From the NCBI GenBank assembly GCA_002245135.1, contig NGBS01000872.1, forward strand, positions 1 through 64,000: a DNA stretch of 64,000 nt, given 5' to 3'. A model generated the notes under the pieces. That model made no database searches and was not told the origin of the DNA. It saw only the letters and a list, made by a program, of their open reading frames with translations. Both the position numbers and the translations under genes were made by a program. The DNA comes from Proteromonas lacertae. Its lineage: Eukaryota. Numbering within the stretch: position 1 is the first letter of the stretch; each line of letters begins with the position of its first letter. Shown piece by piece: positions 1 through 11,803 of the stretch.

Positions 1-1046
1 ATCATTATGAGTACGTAATGGTGATATAACATATGTACTAATTCATAACAATAATTAAAATGATATACTATGGATCTAATATGTAATATAATATCATTTT
101 ATTAGATTCACCCAATGTATTAGCTATATCTGAATCTTTAAACAAAACAACCGCTGTATCATTTACTATTCCACTTTCCTATAATAATTATAAAAAACTT
201 TATACATACTTTTAATTTCATTCTTATTTCTTCTTTTCCTTTTTACTATTTAATCTTATCTTTTCATATCTACACTCCCTTTCATTACCATCAATTATAT
301 TTTTCACATCTTACCATTTCTAAATCTAAATATTCACTATTTAAAACAAATGTAACAATATCAAATGAAGCTAAACTAGATGGAGAAGTAGGAGGTGTTG
401 GATTTTGTTGCAATGTCAGTTGGATTACCATAATATCCTTTTTTATCATCACCTTTTCCTGTTAAACCATATGGACAATCTTTAATAGAACAATCATATC
501 CACTAATAACCACTTTCCATCATATACATATATTATTTCTCTTAAGATAATTAGATTGATTTTCATCAACATTAATAGTATTACACTTAACTTTGTCACT
601 ATCAATTTTACATATTCTCAAATGTTCTTTTCTATAATCATATTCACTAACACATATTCCATGACCACTACATATTTTACCACCATTGGACAGGATAACT
701 GTGATGTTCACAAGCAATTCCATCATAACCTAACAAACACTCACACAAGCCATTCTTACGGTTGCATCTCCCTCGATCACTACATTCACTTCTTGCAGTA
801 TCATCTGCAAAACTCAAACCATATTCACAACTTCCTATTTACATATTACATTTGAAAAATACTATCCCTACAATCATATCCAGAATATCCCTCATAACAA
901 ATACATTTTTTTGCTGCTTCGAGTAAAGACCTTGATTTCTATTATACAGGTGTTATAATAAGTCAATTATACGAACAAGTATTAATTTGGCAATAAATAC
1001 CACTAAAAGTACACAATAAAACTATAACTCTATTTATCTTCTTCAT
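1..1046 (-). CDS. 5' part of EGF/tenascin-like secreted protein (duplicate, cut by window edge, several 1-nt indels)
   Basis: Mirror of 21859-22901; CSGHGIC EGF motif; indels relative to the right-arm copy. Confidence 0.75.
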
Positions 1047-1109
1047 AAAAAAGAAACAAAATTTGATGGTTATTCAAAATAATCTTTTCCATAAACCATA
1101 TATACAAAA

Positions 1110-2388
1110 ATGATGTTTAATTCACTAAGAAGAAGTGTCTTGAAAGCAAGACCATTAGTTTCAAAATGTATTCATACAACCTCTAGAATGGACACCTATA
1201 ATAGCTAAGAGTATGATAATTCTACATATTCTTCTGTAATAGAGAGTTATGAGATACCTTCAGTGATAAAAATTTTAGGATTATCTATTGGTGTTGGAGC
1301 AGGATATTACTTCTATCAGAAGAACAATAATAAAGTAAATGCTGCTGTAATTGGTTTAAATCCAGATTTTCTTGCTGGTATGAAAATATTATATGTAGTA
1401 CTTGAATAGATGCAACTGAAAAAGTCTTACCATCAGTAGTTACTGTTGCAATAACTGGATTTTCAGGAGGAGGTTTTGGTAGTGGATTTATAGTATCAAA
1501 TGACGGTTACATAGTAACAAATAACCATGTAACAGGTGAAAGTGGTGAAACAGTTAGTTTCTTTGGATTTACCCATAGAAAATAAAATAGTCGTTATAAC
1601 AAACAGTGGGATAGAATATGAAGCAAAATTAATCTGCAATGATGCCAGCTAATGATATATCATTATTAAAAATAGAACCAAGAGAAGAATTAAAACCAAT
1701 TAAATTTGCTAAATATGATAACATTCGTGCTGGTCAGTTTGTATTAGCAATAGGCTGTCCTTTGTCATTGTCATTAACAGTAACAGCTGGTGTATTATCC
1801 AATATAGCAGATATCCCAATGATTAATTCAATTAGGTCAAGTTGGAGCATCTAGATATTTACAAACTGATGCAGCTATTAATCCAGGTAATTCAGGTGGT
1901 CCATTAGTAAATATGAATGGAGAATTAGTTGGAATGAATACATTTATAGTAAATCATCAAGTAGGTGAAGGATTAGGATTTGCTATACCTGTTGATATAA
2001 TATTGGACACTTTAACTCATTTTAAAAAGTATCATAAAGTGATAAGACCTTATATTGGTTTGAAAATAGCTCCAAGTAAAGTGGATACTTTAAATGTATT
2101 AATTTTAATTATTTATAATCATATTTATAGCCAAAAACCAGAAAGATATTAGAAAAGAATAATAATCTGTCAAGATGTGTTAAAGTGGTTTATGTCAATC
2201 CAAATAGTCCTGGATATAAAGCTGAAATACAGAATGATGATATAATATTAAAGATTAATAATAAACCTATTCATCATTGTGGTGAAGTGATTGAATTCTT
2301 GCAATTTAAAGATTGTGAAGTAATAAAAGTTGAATTAATTAGAGGTGATAAAATTATTACTGTTGAATTACACCCTCAATACAAGTGA
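1110..2388 (+). CDS. HtrA/DegP serine protease with PDZ (left copy, with frameshifts)
   Basis: [27 protein letters not shown] and C-terminal PDZ; ~30 nt GT-AG introns; single-base indels vs right copy. Confidence 0.85.
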
Positions 2389-2488
2389 GATTATTTTCTT
2401 CTTTTTTTTATTATGTAGTTATATGTTGTATTTGGTTCTTTTATATAAGTATTAACATTATTATCAATAAACAAACTATTAAAAAAAG

Positions 2489-3501
2489 TTAATCATAGAA
2501 ATTATTAAACTCATATTTTACATTAAATACTTTTTCATTTTTTACTTCAAAACACCAATTTCTTTTTGAGATTAATAAACCTGATTTAAGTGATGCTGTT
2601 AAACCATAACTACTTTTTGAAATTATTTGCATTTTTGCCCTTGTCAAAATTTCATGTTCAACAACAATTGATGAATCATTTAAATTATATGCAAAATGTT
2701 TGGTTATGTCTGTAGAATAAAGAAAAAATTCTTTATATCTTCTACTTAGATTTAGTTTAAGTCTTTGTGAATCTCCTGTCAAAAACCATTTCTTTATTTT
2801 TATTATATCTTTTAGCTATATAAATCATCATGTTTATATCATTATCAGTACACCTTTTATATTCTTTAAGATCTTCATTCCCTACTCTTATTTGTACTCC
2901 AAAGTATGAGATATACTTATATGTTTTAAGAAAAGAATTTACATGATTGGTTATACACTTATTGACAATTAGTAATTTGTTAAATATATTATAATATATA
3001 GTAAAAATCTTTTCATCTTGTTTAAATTCTTTTTAATTGAGAAATAATATCCAACTCTATTTGAAAACTTATTATTGTCCATCATTTCTACTAATAAATC
3101 ACACCAGATATATGTATATGAAGTATTTTTAATATCTCTTATATTTTTAATCATTTCAAACTTAAAAGGACATATAGTGAATAATCTACTACTGTTATAT
3201 ATTTTTGAAGTTATATTATAATTAGGTACACTATAAAATAGATCAAATTCATCCCAATTTATAACTAACATATTATATGTTTTGTATAAATACGTATTGG
3301 TTTTGATTCATAATATATTGATAAAGAAACAATTCCTGCAAATGCCATTAATCTATTTCCTAGTCCTCCAGCAACAAATACACTCACACTGTTGATTCTA
3401 CTTTTAAACATTTTTATTAGTCTTTTTATTCCATTATTACAGTTACAATTGAATAGTAATATAAACATAACTATAACAAGTAGAAATATTAATAATTTCA
3501 T
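2489..3501 (-). CDS. Fucosyltransferase-like (GT11/GT23-like), left copy with 1-nt frameshift near 3010
   Basis: N-terminal TM, GGLGNRL, GVQIR and SSYG motifs; one 29-nt intron. Confidence 0.75.
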
Positions 3502-3523
3502 CAGTACTTTTGTTTTAGAAAAT

Positions 3524-4390
3524 ATGTTTGAAATAAAACATAATAACACATTATTTATATTATTATTGTCATTTTTAATGTGTTTTTATGTATATCATAA
3601 AAACTATAACAAAATAGTGAAACAAAGACAATGCAAATTGAAAAATAGAGAAAAAAGATACAGTAAAACAGTATGGAATACTGGGAATTATATAGATTTA
3701 GGAGCTAATAATGGAGATTCAGTTGCCTGGTTTTACAATATAAAAATAAAAGACTTAAAGTCTATAGTGCCATATCCACAAGTATTGGTTAATTTTACTA
3801 AAAATTTTAACACATATATATTTGAAGCAAATCCTTTTCTATGCAATAAAATATATAAAGTAACAGAATATATACAGAAACGAACAAATTTAGTAAAGTT
3901 TAACATATATTGTCCAGTTATAGTTAGTATATATGATGGAACAGACATAATGAGCATTGATAAATCTGACGATGCTTCATCTAAGTATTATTCTACAAAT
4001 ATCAATCATTATGCTGATTATTTTACAAGAAGAAAAAATTATACTCTTCCAGTAATAAATATAACGAATTTTATATTGGAAAATATACCACAAAATGATT
4101 TTAATGTTATGAAATTTGATGTAGAGGGAGAAGAACACTACATTATTCCAGATTTAATCAAATCAAATCAGTTAATAAAGTTTGATATACTTTATTCAGA
4201 ATTTCATAGAAGAGGAATAAATAATCCTGTGCAAGGAAAGGCATTATCAATATACAATGATTTCCTTAATTACACAAAGAGTTATGGAATTGAGACATAT
4301 GAAGAAGGGAGTGTTAGTGATTATCAATTGTTACATCATTTAGATTTGTATAAAGAGCTACTATCATGCAGAAAAGAATTATTTCAATAA
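3524..4390 (+). CDS. FkbM-family (Methyltransf_21-like) methyltransferase, membrane anchored
   Basis: IDLGANNGDS, FEANP, MKFDVEGEE and EFH motifs; likely ATG at 3524 followed by TM; intronless. Confidence 0.8.
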   Translation: MFEIKHNNTLFILLLSFLMCFYVYHKNYNKIVKQRQCKLKNREKRYSKTVWNTGNYIDLGANNGDSVAWFYNIKIKDLKSIVPYPQVLVNFTKNFNTYIFEANPFLCNKIYKVTEYIQKRTNLVKFNIYCPVIVSIYDGTDIMSIDKSDDASSKYYSTNINHYADYFTRRKNYTLPVINITNFILENIPQNDFNVMKFDVEGEEHYIIPDLIKSNQLIKFDILYSEFHRRGINNPVQGKALSIYNDFLNYTKSYGIETYEEGSVSDYQLLHHLDLYKELLSCRKELFQ

Positions 4391-4491
4391 AATAATCACC
4401 CATAATTAATTATTTAGATTAATGAAAAATGATAATATTTCAGGTGTTATGTGTTTTATATAATATAAAATTTGAATTGTTATAATTCTTT

Positions 4492-5295
4492 ATGTGGATA
4501 AACTATTTTGTATTACTTATTATTATATCATATGCTGTTACCTTATGCATAAAATGCAAATCAGTTATATTATTTAGAGTTTCTTCACCTACAAAAAATC
4601 AAATTGAAAGAATAAAAACATATAAAAATCAATTACCAAGTAAATATGAAGTAGTGATATTAACAGATGTATTTAGTAACAGCAGTAATGGAATAGTTAC
4701 TTATTGTGTAGATAGAAAATTGGTAATTGAAAAATATCCAGAAGTAAAGAGAATGGGTGGATTCTGTAGAAACAGACCTGATACTTTTTATATGTGGCTA
4801 TTACATTCTGAACATTATTTACTATGGGATGATATATATCATTTAAATTATAAATATTTATGGGTATTTGATCAAGATGTTGTTTATACAGGAAATATAT
4901 ATAATTTCTTTAAAAAATATGATAAATTTGATGAAGATTTATTAATCTATAGTGATCCTCCATATTTTACAAAAGGTTGGCATGATTGTGTAACAGAAGA
5001 ATATAGAAAAAGCAGATCTAATGAATCATATTATATTGCTACTCATGTTCACAGACTATCAAAAAAGTTGAGAAATGCATTAAGAAGAGAATTTGAACTA
5101 AAAAGACATGCTCAAGTGGAACAAATGATATTAGAAACTGCATTATATTATAAATTGAGCATAAGAAAGATGGATAAAAGAGATTATGATAAAGATAAAG
5201 GTTTTGGAAAAATAATTAATACAAAAGAAGAATTAGAGATGTTGTTAAAAGACAATTCTATCAAAAATATGTTATATCATCCTGTAAAATATTGA
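4492..5295 (+). CDS. Putative glycosyltransferase-like type II membrane protein
   Basis: Signal anchor; YLWVFDQDVVYTGN DxD-like motif; intronless 267 aa. Confidence 0.55.
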   Translation: MWINYFVLLIIISYAVTLCIKCKSVILFRVSSPTKNQIERIKTYKNQLPSKYEVVILTDVFSNSSNGIVTYCVDRKLVIEKYPEVKRMGGFCRNRPDTFYMWLLHSEHYLLWDDIYHLNYKYLWVFDQDVVYTGNIYNFFKKYDKFDEDLLIYSDPPYFTKGWHDCVTEEYRKSRSNESYYIATHVHRLSKKLRNALRREFELKRHAQVEQMILETALYYKLSIRKMDKRDYDKDKGFGKIINTKEELEMLLKDNSIKNMLYHPVKY

Positions 5296-5351
5296 AGTTA
5301 GTATGCTTGTTTATTAGTTTTTAGATATTTAATATGTTATTTTCAGATTTT

Positions 5352-7000
5352 ATGTTATATTATTATGGATATTATTTACTTTTATCCTGCAAACAGACAA
5401 GAATAATCGAATATACAAGAAAGAATAAAAGTATTATCCTGATTTATTCTAGAATTAAAAAGTATATGCAATGAGATTGTGTATTACAATCATATATTAG
5501 AAGAAGGAATAATAGAATATAGAAGAAGAGCTAAAATTATAGTGAATAAATATAAAAATGATAATTGTATTAAAATTAATAATATATCACTCTCTCAAAG
5601 TATGAATATCAGTTATTTAGACGAATCTTTTAAAAAATATGAAAGAATTGGAATAAATAATATAAATGAATGTGGATTTGTGCTTGTTGCAGGAGGATTA
5701 GGTGAGAGACTAAATTTTAATTCAATTAAAGTATAAATTCATGTATTATATTGAAAGTTAGCTTTAAATGTGGATCAAATAAGTGGTTTATCTTATCTCA
5801 ACCTATATTTTAAATATATAAAATCATATCAAATTAGTACAAATCAATCAATTCATATTTGTATAATGACTTCGCAATCTACTGATAAAAGAGTTAAACA
5901 TTATCTTGAAGAGAACAATTATTTTGGTTTAAATAAGAATGATGTAATAATTATTCAGCAAATTAATGTACCATCATTTGGTGATGAAGATTGCAACTTG
6001 TTATATGAAGATAGCAAAATAATAAGTAAACCACATGGGCATGGTGATATTCATAATCTGTTATACTCTGTATAAATGTAATTATATTGTAGAAAGGAGT
6101 GTTAGATATATGGAAGTCTAAAGGTGTTAAATATCTAGTTATTTTTCAAGACACAAATTCATTAGCATTTGAAGCAATTCCAGTATTAATTGGAAGTACA
6201 ATAGATAATGGAGTAGATGTAAATTATTTAACTGTAGAAAGATGTAAAGGAGAGAAAGCATCAATTCTATGTTCATGTGAAGAAAATGGTAGATTTTATA
6301 ATGTAAGGGCAATAGATTATTCTCTTTTACCAAAATTGTTAGGAGAAGATATAAATTCTTGTGATAAATCAGAATCATTATATCCAGCTGTAACTAATAT
6401 AATATGTTTTGAATTAGATAAATATTATAATACTCTACATGAAAGAAATAAATCATTACCAGAATATGTATTATCGAAAGATTTTAAATCATTTAGAATT
6501 GAAACAGTTTTGCAGGATTATTTACTACTCAGTGATAAAAATTCAAAAGATATAAGTGTGAATATGCTTTTAATCCAGTGAAAGAAATATCTGATAATTC
6601 TGATTTTTATACACCAGATAGTGGAGAGAATAATTTATACATTAGAAATTACAAGAAGTTATGTAAATTAGGATGGAAAATAGGGGAAAATTGTATTATT
6701 CATATTGATCCTTTAATTAGTAATGCAACAAGCAGAATTATTGATCATTTAAAAGGAAATATAATTATTGAAAGCAATTCAAAACTTGTAATTACAGGAA
6801 ATGTTTATATTAAAAATTTACATTTAAAAGGGTGTTTATCAATTAAAGTAAAAAGTGGAGGATGTGCTACAATAAACAATTTAAATATTCAGAACAAAGT
6901 ATTTGAAAGAATAAATGAAAGAAATGGTATATTCAAAACTAAATTAGTAAGTATTAATGAGTATGTATTAGAATATGGAATAGGAAACCACTTCTATTAA
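5352..7000 (+). CDS. USP: UDP-sugar pyrophosphorylase (divergent; frameshift near 6557 in both copies)
   Basis: FVLVAGGLGERL, IMTS, KPHGHGDIH, FQDTN and NPVK motifs; beta-helix C-terminus; three short GT-AG introns; start approximate. Confidence 0.85.
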
Positions 7001-7009
7001 TGGGAATGG

Positions 7010-7410
7010 AAATTTTTATTCATTGTTTCTATTATTAGGGTTTATCCATTCAATTATCCAATATGAAACTGAAACATCTAAATCTAATGAGAATAAATAG
7101 ATATGTTTAATGTTATAATATGAAGTTATATTTTTTATTATTATGCAAAATTATACATATTTTTTCATTTTCATTGAAACTAACATATGTAGAATTGTTT
7201 CTTTGTATTGAATTATTCTCTAAAGCTTAACAATTCTTTTCTCCTCCTTCGATTATATTCCTTTTCAATTAAAGTTCTTTCAAAGAAATACAGTATTCCA
7301 TATATAAAATCAATCATTTACTCCTAACTCAACATATAATTCCACAAAAATAACACATTTTAATAAAGCCAAATAAATAATGAATAATGAATATTTTAAG
7401 AATAATTCAT
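7010..7410 (-). pseudogene. Decayed FkbM methyltransferase, paralog of 9603-10301
   Basis: Fragments YVELGVND, FFER, IEGGEK and YNIKHIYLFSLD-LDVSVSYWIIEW align to the 9603 protein, with stops, frameshifts and loss of the VEGSE segment; ends approximate. Confidence 0.7.
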
Positions 7411-7444
7411 AGGAAATGAGAATAGATATTAATGGAATGTGTAA

Positions 7445-8413
7445 ATGAGTATTGTGATTATTTGTTTTTTAATATCTATTATATCGACAGGATTGTATAA
7501 ATCCAATCACATGATTTATGATGAATCTGAGAAATACTTTAAAAGTACTGTCATGAAAGAATTGTTTTACATTAGAAATACAACCGATAATAACTTACCA
7601 ATATTATATAGTAGAAGATACACATCTGAATCATACTATGTGAAGAATAAGACATTAATTAAAATGGAGAATAAAACAGTAAAATATAATACAAACTTTA
7701 TCAAAAGAAAGTCTAAAATCTTAGTTGCAATTCATTCACACATAGCATTGTTCTATCATAGATATGTCTTTAGAAAAATATACAAAATATATAAGGATAT
7801 TCAAGTATTATTCTTTATAGCATTAGATTATAATCAAACATTAAACTCTCAGTTGTTAAAAGAAATGAAAATTTACCAAGATATTGTTCTATTCAATTTC
7901 AATTGCAATTATTATAATCTACATTTTCTAACATATAATTTTCTTAAATGGGTTAAGAAGTATAAAAGTTTGTATGATGTGATAGTCAAACAGGATACTG
8001 ATACATTTGTTAATATTAATATACTTCAATTAATGTTAAAACAAGTGTTAAATAAAAACAATAAATCATTTGTTTTAGGATATATATGGGGATATAAAAA
8101 TGTGAATTTAAGATATCCTAGCGGAATGTCATATGTATTTTTATCAAAATCAATAGATAAATTAGTTGTTCATTTAGATGAAGAATTTGATAGAGTGTAT
8201 TATGGTTATCCTGAAGATATGTATTTTGGAAGATTGGCAAGAAGAGCAAATTTCGAATTTATTGATGCTAATATTACCTTCAATTACACTACATATATAG
8301 AAATTCCTAATATTATATTTGATGTAAAGAAAATATATATGATTCACTGGTTGAGAATTTCTGAAATAGCATATTTTCATCTCAATTGCACTAATAACAT
8401 TCTTACATTATAA
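7445..8413 (+). CDS. GT31-like (beta-1,3-galactosyltransferase family) glycosyltransferase
   Basis: TM, EMKIYQDIV, VKQDTDTFVN, YPSGMSYV and EDMYFG motifs; intronless. Confidence 0.8.
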   Translation: MSIVIICFLISIISTGLYKSNHMIYDESEKYFKSTVMKELFYIRNTTDNNLPILYSRRYTSESYYVKNKTLIKMENKTVKYNTNFIKRKSKILVAIHSHIALFYHRYVFRKIYKIYKDIQVLFFIALDYNQTLNSQLLKEMKIYQDIVLFNFNCNYYNLHFLTYNFLKWVKKYKSLYDVIVKQDTDTFVNINILQLMLKQVLNKNNKSFVLGYIWGYKNVNLRYPSGMSYVFLSKSIDKLVVHLDEEFDRVYYGYPEDMYFGRLARRANFEFIDANITFNYTTYIEIPNIIFDVKKIYMIHWLRISEIAYFHLNCTNNILTL

Positions 8414-9571
8414 TATCTTATCCATTAATTGATTTGCTTTCTCCAATATATATCTTTCAACATTTGTTACATTCTTTTTAACAACTGTAGTATTAGGGCA
8501 ATGCTTTTCTATATCAATGTTATAATGTCTTGTGTGTCTGATAAAAGCAATGTCACCTGATATATACTCTTTTACAATACTAGTTTTTGATGTAGATTCA
8601 TGAACATCAGTAGCAATAAAACTAGTAGTATTTAACATTATATATTTATGTACTAAGCCGTCTTTAGTGGGACAAAATTCTTTTATTGAAAGAGTATCAA
8701 TATCAGGTAGTATGACTGTAGTGTTTTTATCATATTTATATGGGAGATTATAATCTGGTTTAAAGAAATATGAATGCAAATAGAAGAAATCTCTTTTGGG
8801 TAGTGATTTTATCATTTCATCATAACTTTTTGATTTTACAGGCCAAAGTATTTCATCCAAATCTAGAAACATCATATGATTTGTTTGTGTTTTATATTCA
8901 TTAAAACAATGATTTAATTTAAAGAAGATAAGATGATAAAATTGAACTTCTCTGCTACTTTCAATCTTGTTAAGGAAATCATCTGTCTGAAATTGATAAA
9001 CATCAACAACTCCAATACTACTATAATATCTTAATATTTGTTTTACTTTTTCAGATGATGAATAGTAATAGAAAACCATTTTAGATGTTCCAAAATAAAT
9101 GTTTGATTCTATTAACTCAGTCAATAATAAAGGTCTATCAAAATTAGACATAACTGCATAACATGACACAATTTTTTTTTCATTATTTCTTCTCGATTTT
9201 TTAATGTTGATAGTAACATTATTAAGTGATAATACTTGAGGAATATATCCTTGTTTTGTATCTATTTCCATTATATTCAAAAGACCATAACCTGCTCTAT
9301 ATATTAAAGTTGTATTACATTCTTCTAATATTGATTTATATTGAATAACACATTTATAAAAAATTATCTTTCCTTCAGCAGAGTAAATAATAATTTTGAG
9401 TTTATTTTCATAATCAACATATTGGACAGATGTAATGTATTTTTCTTTATCAAGTTTGTAAGTTGGTAATGTAATGATAAAATCACTCACCAATTTGTAT
9501 GACTTTAAAAAAGAAAATAATGAAATAAGAATAAACAATAGAAAGAAAAAAAAGGAGTAAAATAATTTCAT
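8408..9571 (-). CDS. GT92-like glycosyltransferase
   Basis: TM; ELIESNIYFGTSKMVFY, LNHC and MMFLDLDEIL motifs. Confidence 0.75.
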   Translation of the reverse strand: MKLFYSFFFFLLFILISLFSFLKSYKLVSDFIITLPTYKLDKEKYITSVQYVDYENKLKIIIYSAEGKIIFYKCVIQYKSILEECNTTLIYRAGYGLLNIMEIDTKQGYIPQVLSLNNVTINIKKSRRNNEKKIVSCYAVMSNFDRPLLLTELIESNIYFGTSKMVFYYYSSSEKVKQILRYYSSIGVVDVYQFQTDDFLNKIESSREVQFYHLIFFKLNHCFNEYKTQTNHMMFLDLDEILWPVKSKSYDEMIKSLPKRDFFYLHSYFFKPDYNLPYKYDKNTTVILPDIDTLSIKEFCPTKDGLVHKYIMLNTTSFIATDVHESTSKTSIVKEYISGDIAFIRHTRHYNIDIEKHCPNTTVVKKNVTNVERYILEKANQLMDKIL

Positions 9572-9602
9572 ACTAATGAATTAGAGGAAAAGCTAATCAA
9601 AA

Positions 9603-10301
9603 ATGTGGAATTGTATTTATATTTCGATTTTATTGGCGTTAATCTTTTTTATTGCACTAACATTTTTACATAAAAAAAAGGTTATTATTGTAGATAATAA
9701 TTATGACAAAAGATTTGAAAGAAATAGCAAAAGTCAGTTTAATCAAGACATAATCATGTTATTTAAATACTTTTACAATACGTCTAATGGTTTTTTCTTT
9801 GAAATTGGCGCTTTTGATGGAGTAACAATTAGTAATACATACTTATTCGAAAAAAATTTAAACTGGGATGGCATATTAGTTGAAGGAGGAAGTAATAATT
9901 GTAAAAGATTATTTGGTAATGCAGGGATAAGAAATAGATCTAAATTAATATGTTCACCTATATGTAAATCGAAATATATTTCTTATAAAGATGAAGGTAC
10001 TGGAGGAATGATACTTCATAATAATAATACTAACGGTTTGATTAAATGTAATACTATCAGAAATATTACTAATATTTATCATGTCAAACATATAGATTTC
10101 TTTTCATTAGATGTTGAAGGAAGTGAATTAGAGGTTTTAGAGACATTTGATTTTAATGTTTCAGTATCATATTGGTTAATTGAATGGCCACATTTAAGCA
10201 CTAGTGTAAAAGAAAAAATAATATCATTATTAAGGAAACATGGATATGTAATGAAAAGTGATTATATTTCTGAAATAGATGTTTTGTTTGGAAGAAGTTA
10301 A
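9603..10301 (+). CDS. FkbM-family methyltransferase
   Basis: SQFNQD, FFEIGAFDGVTISNTYLFEKNLNWDGILVEG and IDFFSLDVEGSE. Confidence 0.88.
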   Translation: MWNCIYISILLALIFFIALTFLHKKKVIIVDNNYDKRFERNSKSQFNQDIIMLFKYFYNTSNGFFFEIGAFDGVTISNTYLFEKNLNWDGILVEGGSNNCKRLFGNAGIRNRSKLICSPICKSKYISYKDEGTGGMILHNNNTNGLIKCNTIRNITNIYHVKHIDFFSLDVEGSELEVLETFDFNVSVSYWLIEWPHLSTSVKEKIISLLRKHGYVMKSDYISEIDVLFGRS

Positions 10302-10348
10302 TAACATTAATTATCATTTTTAGGTAATTATTACTATAATTCATTATA

Positions 10349-11284
10349 CTAATTCTTTCTCAATAATAAAGGGTGTTGTTTTGTCCAAGGTTTACCAAAA
10401 AATTCAATTTGTTCAAAATTTTCAGCAAATAATTTCATTCTTTCTGGACCATAATTTCTATCAGCATTCCATCTAATATATGAGTTATTTGAAAATGGTA
10501 AGCCAATTAAAAAATATCCTCCTCTATTTAACATACACCATACTTCTTCAGCTGCATGTATATCTCCATTTGGTTCTAATTCATCTCCATATCTTCCTAG
10601 ACCAGAATGTTCCATTGAAGAAAATGAAACGACAAAATCAAATTTCATTTCTCTTTTTATAGTTTCTTCAGCAAACTTATCAGGAGTATATGCTTTTAAA
10701 TAAGGAATTGTAGAATTAATTCTTCCATATTCAATTGTAGTAATTGATTTAGGATTTTTTGATGAAATAATTGCTTCTACCCAAGGTGATGAAGATCCAA
10801 TAACAGCAATATCCTTACCAGCTACAGAATATTTTGTGATTGCTTGGTCAATTAAATCTTCTTCATCAAAACCATACCATCCTATTGGTTTATTCAATTT
10901 ATGATTTTTTATCATTTCGTTTATTAATGTTATATTCCATTCGCTTTCTTCAGCTTTAGATCCAGAATATTTCTGTGCAAAATAATATGTTTCTTTTATT
11001 GGCATTTCACCATTTTGAGTAAAATTTTTATACAGATGAGGAGGAGGATATCTAGGCGGAGGCCATACCGTAGATGGCTTTCTATTCATCATTCTAATAT
11101 ACACATTTTTACAATTTATATCCTTTGTTCTATATTCAAAGAACTTGGATAATATTATTTTCTTTTGCTTTGATATAGTATTTGAATTTTTATAATCTTT
11201 TATTCTTATATTAACAAAGGTGTAATAAAAAATAAAAATACTACTGCATAAAATGACACACACAACTATTATAGTGTTGTACAT
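10349..11284 (-). CDS. DUF268-like putative methyltransferase
   Basis: VIGSSSPWVE, TIEY, FDFVVSFSSMEHSGLGRYGD and NADRNYG; N-terminal TM. Confidence 0.82.
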   Translation of the reverse strand: MYNTIIVVCVILCSSIFIFYYTFVNIRIKDYKNSNTISKQKKIILSKFFEYRTKDINCKNVYIRMMNRKPSTVWPPPRYPPPHLYKNFTQNGEMPIKETYYFAQKYSGSKAEESEWNITLINEMIKNHKLNKPIGWYGFDEEDLIDQAITKYSVAGKDIAVIGSSSPWVEAIISSKNPKSITTIEYGRINSTIPYLKAYTPDKFAEETIKREMKFDFVVSFSSMEHSGLGRYGDELEPNGDIHAAEEVWCMLNRGGYFLIGLPFSNNSYIRWNADRNYGPERMKLFAENFEQIEFFGKPWTKQHPLLLRKN

Positions 11285-11803
11285 TTAATAATATACAACT
11301 GGCTATATATCACTTTAACACCATTAATTTCATCTTCTTTCTATTTACACTTTAAATTGTCTGATTATATTTTTTATTTATCAGTTATCTAATTCACATT
11401 ACCAAATATGTTCTATATGAAGCTTAATCATAAAAAATAAAATCAAAATATCAAGCTTTTGGCTTGTGATTTTTGATTTTTTTTTTTTGAATATTGTAAT
11501 TAATGTTAGTCAATCAATTATATAGTTACTAGCATTAGAAATGAGAAAGTTATGTAAGTCTTACCAGAATGTTTGTGGATTTTTCTGTAATAGACTTAAA
11601 ATTCACACAATTAACTTGATAGTTAAAAGCTTTCCTAAGCTGTATTATCAAGTTTAAATCATGCTTAATTTTTAGCAATTTTGAGGGTAATAAATTATTA
11701 AAATCTGTATTTCTATGAAGAGGCTGATATAAAGAATTTAATTACAGAGGTAGAAATAGAAATAATAAATTAAAATGGAATTATAAAGAATTAAAATAAC
11801 AGA

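Larger units (their letters stand above)
1..7290. repeat. Left arm of ~7.3 kb inverted duplication (may extend beyond window start)
   Basis: Reverse complement matches 15615-22901 and mirrored ORFs give identical translations. Inner identity ends at ...ttctttcaaagaaata (7290). Confidence 0.97.

Noticed and set aside
1..3100. Left-arm genes as true pseudogenes
   Set aside because: Single-base indels cluster near the window start and often fall in short runs, which fits low-coverage sequencing error; this cannot be settled without reads.
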